Shown: one piece after another, positions 1-10,503 of the stretch
Position numbering within the stretch: the stretch's first letter is position 1
Layout: each line of letters starts with the position of its first letter
Source of the DNA: Candidatus Latescibacterota bacterium
GTDB lineage: Bacteria > Latescibacterota > UBA2968 > GCA-2709665
NCBI GenBank assembly: GCA_965226795.1
Contig: CBDDDZ010000005.1
Location: forward strand, 1,984,001 to 2,048,000
Reading direction: 5' to 3'
DNA length: 64,000 nt
Notes under the pieces: generated by a model
Database searches by the model: none
What the model saw: the letters and a program-made list of their open reading frames with translations, nothing else
What the model was told of the DNA's origin: nothing
Translations under genes and position numbers: made by a program

Positions 1-275
1 GCGCACATGGCGCACGGCTCCAGCGTGACGTAGACCACGCAATCCGTCAGCCACATCATTCCGGTGCCCGACGTTGCGGAACGAATGGCCATCATCTCCG
101 CGTGCGCCGTGGGATCGCCGTCTCTCAGAATACGGTTCTGCCCCCGCCCGACCACCGTTCCGTTCTGAAGAATCACCGCCCCGACCGGCACTTCACCGGC
201 ATCGCCGGCGCAACGGGCCTCGGCCAGCGCCAGTTGCATTCCGGCTTCGTCCGCATCCGTCAATTCGCGCACCAT
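1..275 (-). CDS. tadA: tRNA adenosine(34) deaminase, 5' part (runs off the window)
   Basis: Manual translation: MVRELTDADEAGMQLALAEA...GEVPVGAV...DPTAHAEMMAIR...YVTLEPCAMC, with HAE and PCxxC zinc-deaminase motifs. Not in the ORF track. Confidence 0.93.
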   Translation of the reverse strand, partial: MVRELTDADEAGMQLALAEARCAGDAGEVPVGAVILQNGTVVGRGQNRILRDGDPTAHAEMMAIRSATSGTGMMWLTDCVVYVTLEPCAMC

Positions 276-427
276 TCAGGCGAAAAATCGTCTACCGAAA
301 AACCTCTAAATAGCTGGACAATAATACCGATTTACGGGTTTGGCGTCAACCATTTTCCGCTGGTACGGCGGTTTGCCGCACGGGCGTTTCCAGAACAAAG
401 ACCCTCCGGACTTTCCATTGAAAAGAG

Positions 428-1753
428 TCATCCTGCAGCGCCCAACTTCATCGCAAAGAAAGGCACCAGCATTTCCCGCTCGTGCAACCCGCCGTGGCGG
501 CCGCCAACCAGATCTGACGGTACGGCGTCGTCCCTGTAGGCGTGAAACAGCGTTGTGCTGCCGCGCATCAGCGCAAGGAGATCGCCGATCCTGCCGGAAA
601 GTCCCGCCGCGCGCGGCCCCTCCCCCCACAGGCCATCGGCGAGCGCGCGCTCGGTTTCCACAACACATGCCCGGTCCGCCAACCCGCGCTTCAGGGCGGA
701 TTTTACTTCTTGCGTCGCACCGTCGCGCACGTGGAAATACGCTCCCCGCGCCGTCCCGGTAGGCGGCGCCGCGAGCCGGCCCTCCAGCCCCTCCAGCGTG
801 GCAACGGGCACAATATCCGTCTCGTCGACCTGAATGTGCCCGTGGTCCGCGAGAAGCATGAAGGCGGCGCTCACTTCCTGTCCGTCGAGAGGCGCAATCA
901 GTTCTCTTTCTATCGAGTAGCCCAGACTGCAGATCTCTCCCGCGGGTTCTTCCCCCCCGGCGCCGTACCGATGCTGAATCGTATCCAGCGTATCCGTGTA
1001 CAGCCAGATACACGCCGGCTGACCCGGATCCGTAGTCACCATTCTTCGAACCTGGATGAACAGATCCGACGCATTCACGAACGGGATTACGTCGGTGGCG
1101 CCGTCGTACAACATCTCGGACAGGCCGCTGTGCGCCAGCGAGCGATGAATCATGCAATAGGATGACACCCCCGCCCCGGTCAAGAGCCTGTGCACGGTGG
1201 GCACGCCCAGCAAGTCCCGGGCGTCTCCGCTGTTTGGCAACATCCGGCCGAGACGTTCGTCCACCTCCGGACTCAACCGGATCATATTCGCCACGTATCC
1301 CCTGTCTGGCAGGTACATCCGGTAGCCCGCGACGCCATGTCCGGCCGGAGGCAGCCCCGTGTGAAACGACGAAAGCACCGCCGCCGTGGTGGATGGAAAA
1401 ACCGACGTGAGCGGCACGAACCTCCCGCGGTCCGCCAGCGTCCCGAACCCCGGCACCGGCCCCGATTCCATCACTTTCGTCAGCGTGAGATAGCCCAGCG
1501 CGTCTACCAGCGCGATCACCAGTTTCCCGGCGCCCTCCAGCTCGCCGCCCACCACCTCCGTGGCCAGCCCCGGCGACCTGACCGCGCCGATGCCGAAATG
1601 CCGCAGCACCGTGGGCGCCACATTCGCCACGCTGTACCCGTCGTACGCCGGCCACACGAACTCATCCGGCAACGGCGTATCTCCGATACTGCCAGGCCGC
1701 TGCAATCGCTTCAATATCTGCTGTGCAATCGGATTCATTCCATCTCCGGACAA
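428..1753 (-). CDS. Alkaline phosphatase superfamily / type I phosphodiesterase-nucleotide pyrophosphatase
   Basis: LVDALG, SVFPSTT, DTIQH, LADHG and GGRHGG metal and nucleophile motifs. The start may be ATG 1738. Confidence 0.85.
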   Translation of the reverse strand: MSGDGMNPIAQQILKRLQRPGSIGDTPLPDEFVWPAYDGYSVANVAPTVLRHFGIGAVRSPGLATEVVGGELEGAGKLVIALVDALGYLTLTKVMESGPVPGFGTLADRGRFVPLTSVFPSTTAAVLSSFHTGLPPAGHGVAGYRMYLPDRGYVANMIRLSPEVDERLGRMLPNSGDARDLLGVPTVHRLLTGAGVSSYCMIHRSLAHSGLSEMLYDGATDVIPFVNASDLFIQVRRMVTTDPGQPACIWLYTDTLDTIQHRYGAGGEEPAGEICSLGYSIERELIAPLDGQEVSAAFMLLADHGHIQVDETDIVPVATLEGLEGRLAAPPTGTARGAYFHVRDGATQEVKSALKRGLADRACVVETERALADGLWGEGPRAAGLSGRIGDLLALMRGSTTLFHAYRDDAVPSDLVGGRHGGLHEREMLVPFFAMKLGAAG

Positions 1754-1915
1754 AGGGGTTCACTGTCTCCAAAAACAAGCCCCAAAATAGACCGCACCTG
1801 GCATAATGTCAAGGCCGAATCCCGGCACACAAGCGCCATCCGCGCCCTCTCTCGTGAACGCGCGAAACCGTCCATTTCACTGCGGCGACGAGGGCGGCTT
1901 TTGCCGATTTTGTGC

Positions 1916-1944
1916 TTGACACCACAATCCCCTTGTGGTAAGTT
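1916..1944 (+). promoter_or_regulatory. Sigma70-type promoter of tRNA-Asn
   Basis: TTGACA (1916-1921), 17-bp spacer, extended TG-n-TAAGTT (1939-1944). Confidence 0.75.
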
Positions 1945-1968
1945 CTTCCCGCTCTTGGATTACAGGGT

Positions 1969-2044
1969 TCCGGCGTAGCTCAGCTGGCAGAGCGGGTGGC
2001 TGTTAACCACTAGGTCGTAGGTTCGAGTCCTACCGCCGGAGCCA
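1969..2044 (+). tRNA. tRNA-Asn (GTT)
   Basis: 76 nt; acceptor stem TCCGGCG/CGCCGGA, anticodon arm GTGG-CTGTTAA-CCAC, GGTTCGAGTCC T-arm, encoded CCA. Confidence 0.98.
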
Positions 2045-2084
2045 TTTTCCTTTGTCGTCTTCCTGCCCCCTGCATACCAACACG

Positions 2085-2118
2085 AGACCCCGCGGCGAAA
2101 TGCCTGCGGGGTCTTTTT
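2085..2118 (+). terminator. Rho-independent terminator after the tRNA
   Basis: AGACCCCGC...GCGGGGTCT stem followed by a T run. Confidence 0.8.
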
Positions 2119-2245
2119 GTATCCAATTTTTTCTTAATGGTTTACGCCCGGCTGCTCATACTTCCTGATTGTCCGGATGACATGTCGCGGACGCATCCAT
2201 TTCGGGTTTGGTCCGATACCGACCGTTCCTACTCTGGAGAGGGGC

Positions 2246-2590
2246 CTACGCTTCGACGCGTAGTCGTCCGGACCGCTCCTGCTGGGATTCACGGATGACG
2301 ATGTCCACGTCGCGCCCAAGCGTCGTCAGAAGGCGCAGGAGCCGCTCCATGGAGTACTCCCGAAAGTTGCCTCGCAGCAGACGCGACACATCGGGTTGAG
2401 ACAGCCCGAGCAGTTTCGCCGCCTCCACCTGCTTGAGGCCGCGCTGGCGAATAATCCTGTCGATCCGCGTGACCAGCTCGGCTTTGAGCAGGTGCGCGTC
2501 GGCATCCGGGATTCCCAGATCAGCGAATACGTTTCCGCTGCCGCGTTCGATCTTCACTTTGTCGGTCTTCATCGATCTACCCTCCGCCAT
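2246..2590 (-). CDS. XRE/HTH antitoxin (HigA2-like)
   Basis: GSGNVFADLG N-terminus and LKQVEAAKLLGLSQPDVSRL HTH; overlaps the upstream toxin gene. Confidence 0.88.
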   Translation of the reverse strand: MAEGRSMKTDKVKIERGSGNVFADLGIPDADAHLLKAELVTRIDRIIRQRGLKQVEAAKLLGLSQPDVSRLLRGNFREYSMERLLRLLTTLGRDVDIVIRESQQERSGRLRVEA

Positions 2591-2945
2591 AGTTCTCGCG
2601 ATAGTGTTGCTCTGCCGCTTTCAACCTAAGCCTGATCAGGTCGATTTCCCACTTCGGGGTTGCGATGCCCCGCCTGGCTTTCTTCTGGAAGGCATGCAGC
2701 ACGTAGATGGCTGCCCTGAACCGGACCGTGTACACCGTCCGAAAGGTACCACCTTCGTGACGCGAGATGACTTCCAAAACGTTACTTCCCAAGCCTCTGA
2801 GTGGCTTGACGTCACGGTGTCTGAGTCCGACCTGTGCCTGATATAGCGCATAGCCGACTATACCCTGCACGGCCTTCGGAAACGACATGAGATCGGTTTT
2901 GCTGGAGCCAATCCATTCGACAGGTTTGGGTGTCTCAGCGGACAT
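2577..2945 (-). CDS. RelE/ParE-superfamily toxin (Gp49/DUF891, HigB-like)
   Basis: KPVEWIGSS...FRTVYTVRF..AIYVLHAFQKK..GIATPK signature; toxin-before-HTH gene order. Confidence 0.9.
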   Translation of the reverse strand: MSAETPKPVEWIGSSKTDLMSFPKAVQGIVGYALYQAQVGLRHRDVKPLRGLGSNVLEVISRHEGGTFRTVYTVRFRAAIYVLHAFQKKARRGIATPKWEIDLIRLRLKAAEQHYRENYGGG

Positions 2946-2950
2946 TTCTC

Positions 2951-2979
2951 AATATAGTGAATCCACCATATCTGTGCAA
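2951..2979 (-). promoter_or_regulatory. TA promoter with operator palindrome (leaderless transcript predicted)
   Basis: Minus strand TTGCAC-17-TATATT; imperfect palindrome ATATAGTG-N4-CACCATAT at 2952-2971; 5 nt separate the -10 from the ATG. Confidence 0.65.
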
Positions 2980-3272
2980 GCCTTATTGTTCGCGCGCACG
3001 GTTGGCGGCGGAGCCTGTCGCGGCTGCCTGCAACGCGCCAGGCATCTCCAATACGTTTTTCAAAGCGCCGGGATCCGCCTTACGTCCCATATCGGCGCGG
3101 TTTTTTTGGCGTTTGCCCAACTTCGGAATTGACCTGAACCCGTTGAGATCATATATAGTTAGTACTCTTTCGATATCCGGTCCGCTTCTGTTCGAAGATG
3201 AACCGGATTCGCCGTTGGATGTCCGATATCAATGTCAAGTGCTGCCTTGATGTACTATGGAGATTAAAACGC

Positions 3273-4922
3273 GTGCCTGAAATCGACTATCTCAAGGATC
3301 TGATAATCGTACTCGGCTCGGCGGTGCTGGTCGCAACCGTACTGCGGCGCGCGGGGATCCCATCGATCGCCGGGCTGATTCTGGCGGGTCTGCTGGCCGG
3401 ACCCACGGCGCTGGGCCTCGTCGACGACACCCACCAGGTGGAGGTGCTGGCAGAGATCGGAATCGTCCTCCTGCTCTTCGGGATCGGTCTGGAACTCTCA
3501 CTGAGCCATATGCGGCGCCTCTGGAAAGCCATCCTGCTGGGCGGAGGCATCCAGGTGACCGCCACCATCGTCTGCACCGCGGCTGCGGCAAGCTGGTTCG
3601 GTCTTGCGACTGGCCCAGCGGTGTTTCTGGGCTTTATTGTCGCCGTTTCCAGCACGGCCATTGTCCTGCGAGGCCTTTCCGCGCGGGGTGAACTCGATGC
3701 GCCGCACGGTCGCCTGGCCGTTGGCATCCTGATTTTCCAGGACCTGTGCGTGATTCCGATGATCCTCGTAGTGCCTTTTCTGGCCGGACAGGAAAGCTCC
3801 GCGCGGGAAATCGCGTTGGCAGCCGCCACAGGCCTCGCCATCCTGGTAGGTGTGCTCGTTGCAGCCAACCGCGTTGTTCCATTTATACTCGCATTCGTGG
3901 CCAGGACGAGGGAGAGAGAATTATTTATTCTGACCGTCTTTCTCGTCTGTTTTGGAATTGCCTGGGCGCTTTCGCTGGCGGGACTCTCGCTGGCGCTGGG
4001 TGCGTTCCTGGCGGGCCTGATCGTCGCAGGAAGCGAGTTTCGTCACCAGGCAATGTCGGACCTGATTCCCGTGCGCGAAGCCTTCACCAGCCTGTTCTTC
4101 GTTTCCGTGGGCATGCTGCTGGACGTTTCGGAAGTGTTCGCGCACCTTCTGCCGACGCTCGGGCTCTGCGCCGTTATTCTCGTGGGCAAATTCGCCATCG
4201 TGCTTGGAATGGGCCTCGTGCTTCGGCTGCCGCTGCGCGTAGCGATCCAGTCCGCGGCCACACTGTGCCAAATCGGCGAGTTTTCGTTCGTGCTCCTGAA
4301 GGCAGCCTCGGGAACCAGCCTCCTCGATCCCACACTATCCCACAACCTCCTGGTGGCGATCATCCTGTCCATGTTGCTCACACCAATGGCCATCGCATTC
4401 GCCCCGCACTTGGCGCTCGGCGTAAGCCGCATCCCATGGCTCAACCGGATTCTGGGTGCCGAGCCTCCCGGAATCGATTCCCACGAACCGTACAGCGACC
4501 ACGTTATCGTCGCCGGGTACGGCCGTGCGGGCAGAGAAGTCTGTCGGACGGCTCGAAACGCGGGGTTCGCCTGTGTTGCAGTTGACGTGAACGTCGACAA
4601 TGTCCGCAAGGCAAAAGCGGCGGGAGACCTGGCCGTGTACGGTGACGTGACGCAGAGGGAAGTCCTCGAGTACCTCGGTTGCAAGGATGCGCGCCTTGTT
4701 GTGGTAACCATCAACGACACACGTGCTACCGAGATCGCCGTCCGCGCGATCCGCGCCGCGGCTCCCGACATCCCCATCGTCGCGCGCACCCTTTACGACA
4801 TGGACGAAAACTCGCTGCGGGACGCAGGCGCCACCCGGGTCATCACGGCGGAAGCGACGACCAGTGACGTGGTCGTCAACACATGCCTTGCGGAACTGGA
4901 ATCGGGAAAGATGAAGGCGTAG
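3273..4922 (+). CDS. CPA2-family cation:proton antiporter with C-terminal TrkA-N (KTN) domain
   Basis: Many TM segments, LAEIGIVLLLFGIGLE, GILIFQD, QIGEFSFV, HVIVAGYG, YGD. GTG 3273 follows a GGAG RBS. Confidence 0.92.
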   Translation: MPEIDYLKDLIIVLGSAVLVATVLRRAGIPSIAGLILAGLLAGPTALGLVDDTHQVEVLAEIGIVLLLFGIGLELSLSHMRRLWKAILLGGGIQVTATIVCTAAAASWFGLATGPAVFLGFIVAVSSTAIVLRGLSARGELDAPHGRLAVGILIFQDLCVIPMILVVPFLAGQESSAREIALAAATGLAILVGVLVAANRVVPFILAFVARTRERELFILTVFLVCFGIAWALSLAGLSLALGAFLAGLIVAGSEFRHQAMSDLIPVREAFTSLFFVSVGMLLDVSEVFAHLLPTLGLCAVILVGKFAIVLGMGLVLRLPLRVAIQSAATLCQIGEFSFVLLKAASGTSLLDPTLSHNLLVAIILSMLLTPMAIAFAPHLALGVSRIPWLNRILGAEPPGIDSHEPYSDHVIVAGYGRAGREVCRTARNAGFACVAVDVNVDNVRKAKAAGDLAVYGDVTQREVLEYLGCKDARLVVVTINDTRATEIAVRAIRAAAPDIPIVARTLYDMDENSLRDAGATRVITAEATTSDVVVNTCLAELESGKMKA

Positions 4923-5018
4923 GCAGGGTAACGACGGAAAACGTCGAATGACGGATTATGCTCCGGGCCTGTGAGGTAACTTCGCTCTGCCTTATTATCT
5001 CATTTTTCTTTTTTCTTC

Positions 5019-5219
5019 GTCCTTTTTCTTGTACGCCCAAGAAAAAGGACCAAAAAGAACGGCGCCTGCCTGCCGAGCACGACTCGGCGCAGGCAGGCCG
5101 TTCGGCACGGGGCCGGTTTTTCCGCGAATTGCCTAACGACCTGGCACAGGCTTCTTTGCCCTGCGTACCCGTACGAACCCACAGGGCTCCGGTGCTGGAC
5201 GGATTAACGCGGAAAAACC
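5019..5219. repeat. Cluster of REP/MITE-like palindromes
   Basis: GTCCTTTTTCTTG-N6-CAAGAAAAAGGAC (5019-5050); GCCTGCCTGC...GCAGGCAGGC hairpin; GGTTTTTCCGCG...CGCGGAAAAACC inverted repeat. Confidence 0.6.
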
Positions 5220-5560
5220 CCCATCTCCGCCACCGTTCGCACGAGGGATAAAGCGCAGTAGTGGGCGAAACGACCCAAATTCCACCCGACCGGGTTCATG
5301 ACGCGTGAAACCGTGAATGGGCGGGTGTAGGGTCGGCAGCCGCAATACGCTGCACAGGCTTGCCCCTTCTGACCCGATCCCGGCGTTGATGTCAATCGAT
5401 TGGCTTTTTGCTGTACGCTGACGGCTGACCGTTGATTGCTTTCCTTAGCCATTGAGAAACATAGTGTTATTTTCTCGCACCAGGCGACGAGCGTCCATAA
5501 GCTGGGTTTCACCGAGGTCCATCTTTCCCGCTTTTTCCAGCCGCCCGCTGCTAGACTCGA

Positions 5561-5595
5561 GATCCGATTGAAAGTCCTGTCGGGGTCTTTTTTTG
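5561..5595 (+). terminator. Putative terminator
   Basis: GATCCGA...TCGGGGTC stem followed by T7. Confidence 0.5.
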
Positions 5596-5799
5596 TACGG
5601 AACAATGCACCAGAACTGTCGCAAAATGCAACACATCCGGATCAGGGTTGAATTGCCCATCATTGCCGATTCTCATATATTCCCCTTGCATCCAATTGAC
5701 TCCATCCAAGCGGGTTTGGTCGAAGATAGCCATCCATGTAGACTTATGGCTTCCAAAGTGGTGAGTCGTAATCGTGGAAACGAGAAACGTGAGTCGACA

Positions 5800-6606
5800 A
5801 TGAACGATCCTCATGTGGTTGCGTTGATTTACAATGTCGATCATGGAAAAGCGGTGATATACGACGAAGCGGAACCGCTCGTTGTGGAAGAAAAAGCGTT
5901 TCGTCTCAAAGTGAAGGACAAGAAAGCGTCGTTCTATCTGAAATATCATTACGCGACAGAAGCAGAAGCCCGTAAAGCCATCGATGAATACATCCGCAAT
6001 TGGGAATTTGATGGTTGTCTGCAAGGTGGTCCCGACTGCATTAGTTTGGAATTTGAAAGCGCCGATATTAAGGATCGGGATCCACCACCTCCACCACCTC
6101 CAACACCGGGTATCAAAAACATTGGCGCTACGTTTGTACGTAGTGGTGGAACTGTATCTGTAGCTGTTTCCAAAGGAGTCACGAATTACCCGTCACCACC
6201 AACCGATGTCAGCGTCACTCCGGACGTTCAAACGATGTATGATCGGTATATGGGCCATCGTCGCGGCCACGAGCCGTTGACCGGAATGGCGTATTTCTGC
6301 TTTACGTTTCTGAATTATTTGGGAGAAATGGGATTGAACAATGGGACAAAAGGCGTAGGTGCGGCGGCTGGATATTTCCAAATTGGAAGGAAAGTGCTCA
6401 CAACGGTGTCTGAGCTTTCTTCAACGAAAGGTGGTCGGCTCGAAGCCAGAAAACACATGGGCGTTGGACAAGACCTGACAATTGAAGAGCGACGATTTCT
6501 AAAAGAGGCTGTCAAGAAGATAATCCGCCGAGTGGCTGAGAAGGCGCACGCGCCCGAGAAGGATCTGACGAAAATCACATTATTAGATCTACCACGATGC
6601 GAGTAA
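5800..6606 (+). CDS. Hypothetical protein with poly-Pro linker, lower GC
   Basis: Open frame from MNDPHVVALIY; DPPPPPPPTPG tract. Confidence 0.7.
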   Translation: MNDPHVVALIYNVDHGKAVIYDEAEPLVVEEKAFRLKVKDKKASFYLKYHYATEAEARKAIDEYIRNWEFDGCLQGGPDCISLEFESADIKDRDPPPPPPPTPGIKNIGATFVRSGGTVSVAVSKGVTNYPSPPTDVSVTPDVQTMYDRYMGHRRGHEPLTGMAYFCFTFLNYLGEMGLNNGTKGVGAAAGYFQIGRKVLTTVSELSSTKGGRLEARKHMGVGQDLTIEERRFLKEAVKKIIRRVAEKAHAPEKDLTKITLLDLPRCE

Positions 6607-6786
6607 ACATTTCGAGCCTGGCGTCCGTTACGCAAAAATGGCCGATTGGAGGCCCAATACTGTCTGCGATGGTTTCCTCGAATTTCTCCTTTTTAGCGAA
6701 TCCAGTCAGTCGCATACACTATCAGCGGACGTTGAGCGGCAAGATTTCGTTCAGATCCCGCGACTTGAATCCTACATGGGCGACGC

Positions 6787-7329
6787 GTGATCAATCATAA
6801 AGGAACATCTGCGGTGTTAGAAAATGAAGGTCGTCGTGCGACGTGGGATCCGGATCACATGATGTTGAATGCAAAGTCGTTGAAGTGTGTCGCCAGCGGC
6901 TTGGATGAGAAGTTGCCCGAAGCTCGAAATGCTGACCCGGTTCTTTTCAGAGGTATGTTCTTGGCGGCTCCTATCCTATGGACGCTGGCAACAGAAATCG
7001 CGCTGAAGGCATTTCAATGTCGAGAACGGGAGAGTGAACCTGACCACATTCATGACTTGTTGGCGCTGTACGAAGCGCTGGATCCATTGTCACAGACTCT
7101 TCTCGCAAACGTGATGTCAGGTGAAGAACGCCAAATCCGGTGTTTGATTTCGGAGATATGGATGCCCGGAGATACGGCCTTGCGTGCAATCCTGAGATAC
7201 CATAGATTCACTTTCGAGCGCTGGAGGTATTATTACGAAAACCAAGAGGATGTCTTTTACAATTTCCTCGGCCAAGCGCTGACGGAGATTATCAATATCT
7301 ACGATGAGACTCGGAGTGATCCAGCCTGA
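6787..7329 (+). CDS. HEPN-domain-like protein
   Basis: LATEIALKA...HIHDLLALYEAL...FERWRYYYE pattern typical of HEPN domains. Confidence 0.65.
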   Translation: MINHKGTSAVLENEGRRATWDPDHMMLNAKSLKCVASGLDEKLPEARNADPVLFRGMFLAAPILWTLATEIALKAFQCRERESEPDHIHDLLALYEALDPLSQTLLANVMSGEERQIRCLISEIWMPGDTALRAILRYHRFTFERWRYYYENQEDVFYNFLGQALTEIINIYDETRSDPA

Positions 7330-7872
7330 CGTCCTGACAATGGAAAGACGCACGCCATCAGTGAAGCGACGTAGGACGAGTACACGTGTTTAACGCAAAT
7401 GTGGCTACCTTTCCGTTTTAGCTTGCCAACCGCTGGATAACGCGAAACACCCAACGGTTGATCCCATCGGAGTTTCTTGCAATTCGAGCGCCGTTATTTG
7501 AGGCATCCGTGGTAACTGCCGCGAAGACGGCGTGGCTGAGCCGCTGTACGGCAAGCCTTTTCGAAGTTTATTAGCCGTGGCTTCGGGACTGTGTTCGCGA
7601 CATTATTGACGATATGGGATTGTAGGTGACGTTCGTGGCTCGTCAGATCACCCGCGCTAGGCAGGTGGTCAAAACGGATTGATCAGAGGGCAAGATTTCA
7701 GCCGGCGTGGAGACGTCGGATCTGCGAACATGAGACGTGCTGTCAATCCTTCAGTACGGCACGAAGTAAAGTGCGATAACGTAAATAGTAGGAGGGGTGA
7801 AGAATGACTTGCAATTTCAGACACGACAGGTCCGGAACGAACGACGCACGGAAACTCGAAAGTTCACGCCCC

Positions 7873-8896
7873 ATGCGCCGAAGCCAGCTTTTTCGTTGGA
7901 GTCTGTTGGCCGGCCGGAGTGCTGCTACTCCTGATCATCGCCATACCGTTGATCATGGCGGCGGCGAAGGATCGGCAGCTGAAGCTCGTGTCGACGGCGT
8001 GGTCGCCGTTCACCAACGCTCCAGAACAGCCGCGGTTCGCCCTCGATCTGGTCGAGGCGGCTCTCGAACGCATCGGGGTCATCGCCGAAACGGTCATCGT
8101 GGATGAGGCCAGGCTGACGCCCTCACTGCTGAGCGGCGATTTCGATGGAAGCGCGGCCCTCTGGAAGGACGCGGAGCGCGAACGCGTACTGATTTACTCG
8201 CAGCCGTATCTCGAGAACCGGTTGATCCTCGTCGGTCGGAACGGCAGCGACGTATCCGCGGCCTCGCTGGCCGACCTCGCCGGCAAGCGGATCGCCCGGG
8301 TCGCCGGGTACGCGTAAGGCGAGGCAGTCGAGACGACGGACGGGCCGATCATCGTTGGCTCCAACAGCGAAGAGAACAGCGTCGCAAAACTCCTCAAAGG
8401 TGAGGTGGACTACACCTTGATGGACGACCTCGTCATCCAGTACCTCATCAGCAACCACGCAGAAGTCGCTCGAACGCGACTGGCGTTCGGCTCGACGCCG
8501 CTGCTCATACGCTCGCTTCACCTTGCCGTCCGCCGGTCGCTTCCGGACGCCGGGTCGATCATCTCGCGGTTCAACGACGAGTTGCGCGGCATGATCGCCG
8601 ACCGCAGCTACCATCGCCTGCTCCGTCTCGACTGGATTCGAGCAGACGTGGATGGCGACGGTCTCAGGGAGTACGTGCCTCACGTCGACCAGACCGGACC
8701 GCGCCCCCCGGAGCGATCCTACGACCTCTTCGCGTCGGGCAGTCCGACCACGGAGGCCGGAAAGACGCGGCGGTTCTACTTCGGCGGCAACATTTACGAA
8801 GGCTGGTCCAGCGTGCCCGACAAGTTTAAAGCCCAGGACTTCACGAAAGCCGAACCGGGTCGACTCAAGATCGAAATTTTCACCTTCGAGTTTTAA
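7873..8896 (+). pseudogene. Polar-amino-acid-type ABC substrate-binding protein with two lesions
   Basis: 4-bp GGCC duplication at 7908-7915 frameshifts the signal peptide; in-frame TAA at 8315-8317 (GYA*G); ORFs 7919 and 8405 share a frame. Confidence 0.8.
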
Positions 8897-8951
8897 CGGG
8901 AGCGAGGTCACTGCGATCGTGTCAAGAGATCTGTCTATGGGGAGCGTGCAG

Positions 8952-9746
8952 ATGGTGTTTGGACGAACAGGGTTGACGACGACCGTCCTCACGATTCTCG
9001 TGCTTCTGGCCGCAGCCTTTACGGGTTCCGCGGAAGAACAACGCGATAAGGACGTGGAGGATGTGCGGCGACGCGCCGGACAAGGCGAAGCCGAAGCCCA
9101 ATACAACCTCGGGTTGATGTACCAAACGGGCCGAGGCGTAAAACAGGACGACGCGGAGGCGGTCAGGTTGTATCGTCGAGCCGCCGACCAGGGTCACACG
9201 GGAGCGCAGAACAACCTCGGATGGATGTACGCCAATGGTCTGGGCGTCAAGCGGGACAATGCAGAGGCAGTCAAATGGTACCGGTCCGCCGCGGATCAAG
9301 GACACGACGACGCCCAGGTCAACCTCGGGACGATGTATCGAATTGGGCAAGGCGTGAAGCCGGACGTCAAGGTGGCGGTCACGTGGTACCGGCGCGCGGC
9401 CGATCAGGGCCACGTTGGCGCCCAATACCTCCTCGGGACCATGTACGCCAACGCCCGCGGGGTGCCCCGGGACTACCCCGAGGCGCTCAAGTGGTTCCGC
9501 CGCGCTATCGATCAGGGCTATGCGCCTGCACGATCCCAACTCGGAATGATGTACGCCATGGGCCTCGGCCTGGATCGGGACGACGTTTCAGCCCATGCAC
9601 ACTGCAGTCTGGCCGCCGCCTCGGGTGACAACCTGGGGAGAACCGTGCGCGACAACCTGGAAAAGTCGATGACGGCCGCCCAGATATCGGAAGCCCGGCG
9701 GCTCGCACAGGAGTGGAGCAAGAAAGCAAAGTCCGTGCAGGAATAG
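8952..9746 (+). CDS. Secreted Sel1-like repeat protein
   Basis: Hydrophobic signal segment, then repeats of AQxNLGxMYxxGxGVxxDxxxAxxWYRxAADQG. Confidence 0.93.
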   Translation: MVFGRTGLTTTVLTILVLLAAAFTGSAEEQRDKDVEDVRRRAGQGEAEAQYNLGLMYQTGRGVKQDDAEAVRLYRRAADQGHTGAQNNLGWMYANGLGVKRDNAEAVKWYRSAADQGHDDAQVNLGTMYRIGQGVKPDVKVAVTWYRRAADQGHVGAQYLLGTMYANARGVPRDYPEALKWFRRAIDQGYAPARSQLGMMYAMGLGLDRDDVSAHAHCSLAAASGDNLGRTVRDNLEKSMTAAQISEARRLAQEWSKKAKSVQE

Positions 9747-9996
9747 ACGACGGGGCCGCGTTTCGCGCGATTGGAAACTGATTCGCGGGTATGATTTTCG
9801 CAGGTCGAATTGGCAATCTCAGCGAGAAATCAGAACCCCGCACCTTTCACCCTTTGACCTGCCTCGACCGTCTCACTTTGAATTGGGCAAAACATATTTG
9901 TCCCCGTTGACATACGAACCACGCTGCTGCATTTTGTTGTCAATTCAGTACTTGTTTCAGCCGGAATCTGCCTCTCTCCCACATGGAGATATGGAT

Positions 9997-10503
9997 ATGG
10001 CATCGCTTCTTCCCGTTGAGAGACCTTATAGTTTCGTCGCAGAATCGACGCCGAGTTACACGGATGCTCGCAACCTCAAGGACGACTCAGCCGTTGAACG
10101 ATTTATTCAGGATGTCCGACGTGCCGTAGACGAGATAAACGCGGTTGCGCTAAAAAAAATCTCTGGACTTCACGATGCCCTGGAGCACCTGGAAAAGACA
10201 CCAAAAGATTTCCGTTCGTTGGGTAAGGATGTAGACGTAGGAACACTGATCAAGCAAATTGAGAAATCCGAGCGTGAAGAAAAGAAGGCGAGGGTATTTA
10301 TCTCCTCTTCTCAGAAAATACTGACGGGAACAGATCAAATCCTGGTCCGTAAAATGCAGGAGGCAGACGAGAATTTATACGACATAATATCTCTGCTTCA
10401 AGAGATCCAGTGGCGCATTATGATCCTTGATAGCAAAGAACAACCCGGTTCCGGGAAGGTCTATAGTTCGGCAAGAGAAGCCCTCGATGCTTTATGGAGT
10501 TAG
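9997..10503 (+). CDS. Hypothetical helical protein, probable antitoxin of the downstream RelE-like gene
   Basis: GGAGA RBS; C-terminal GKVYSSAREALDALW resembles RelB/DinJ-type antitoxin tails; its stop overlaps the next ATG. Confidence 0.6.
   Translation: MASLLPVERPYSFVAESTPSYTDARNLKDDSAVERFIQDVRRAVDEINAVALKKISGLHDALEHLEKTPKDFRSLGKDVDVGTLIKQIEKSEREEKKARVFISSSQKILTGTDQILVRKMQEADENLYDIISLLQEIQWRIMILDSKEQPGSGKVYSSAREALDALWS

Noticed and set aside
8315..8317. Selenocysteine or pyrrolysine recoding
   Set aside because: The stop is TAA and the gene has a second lesion.
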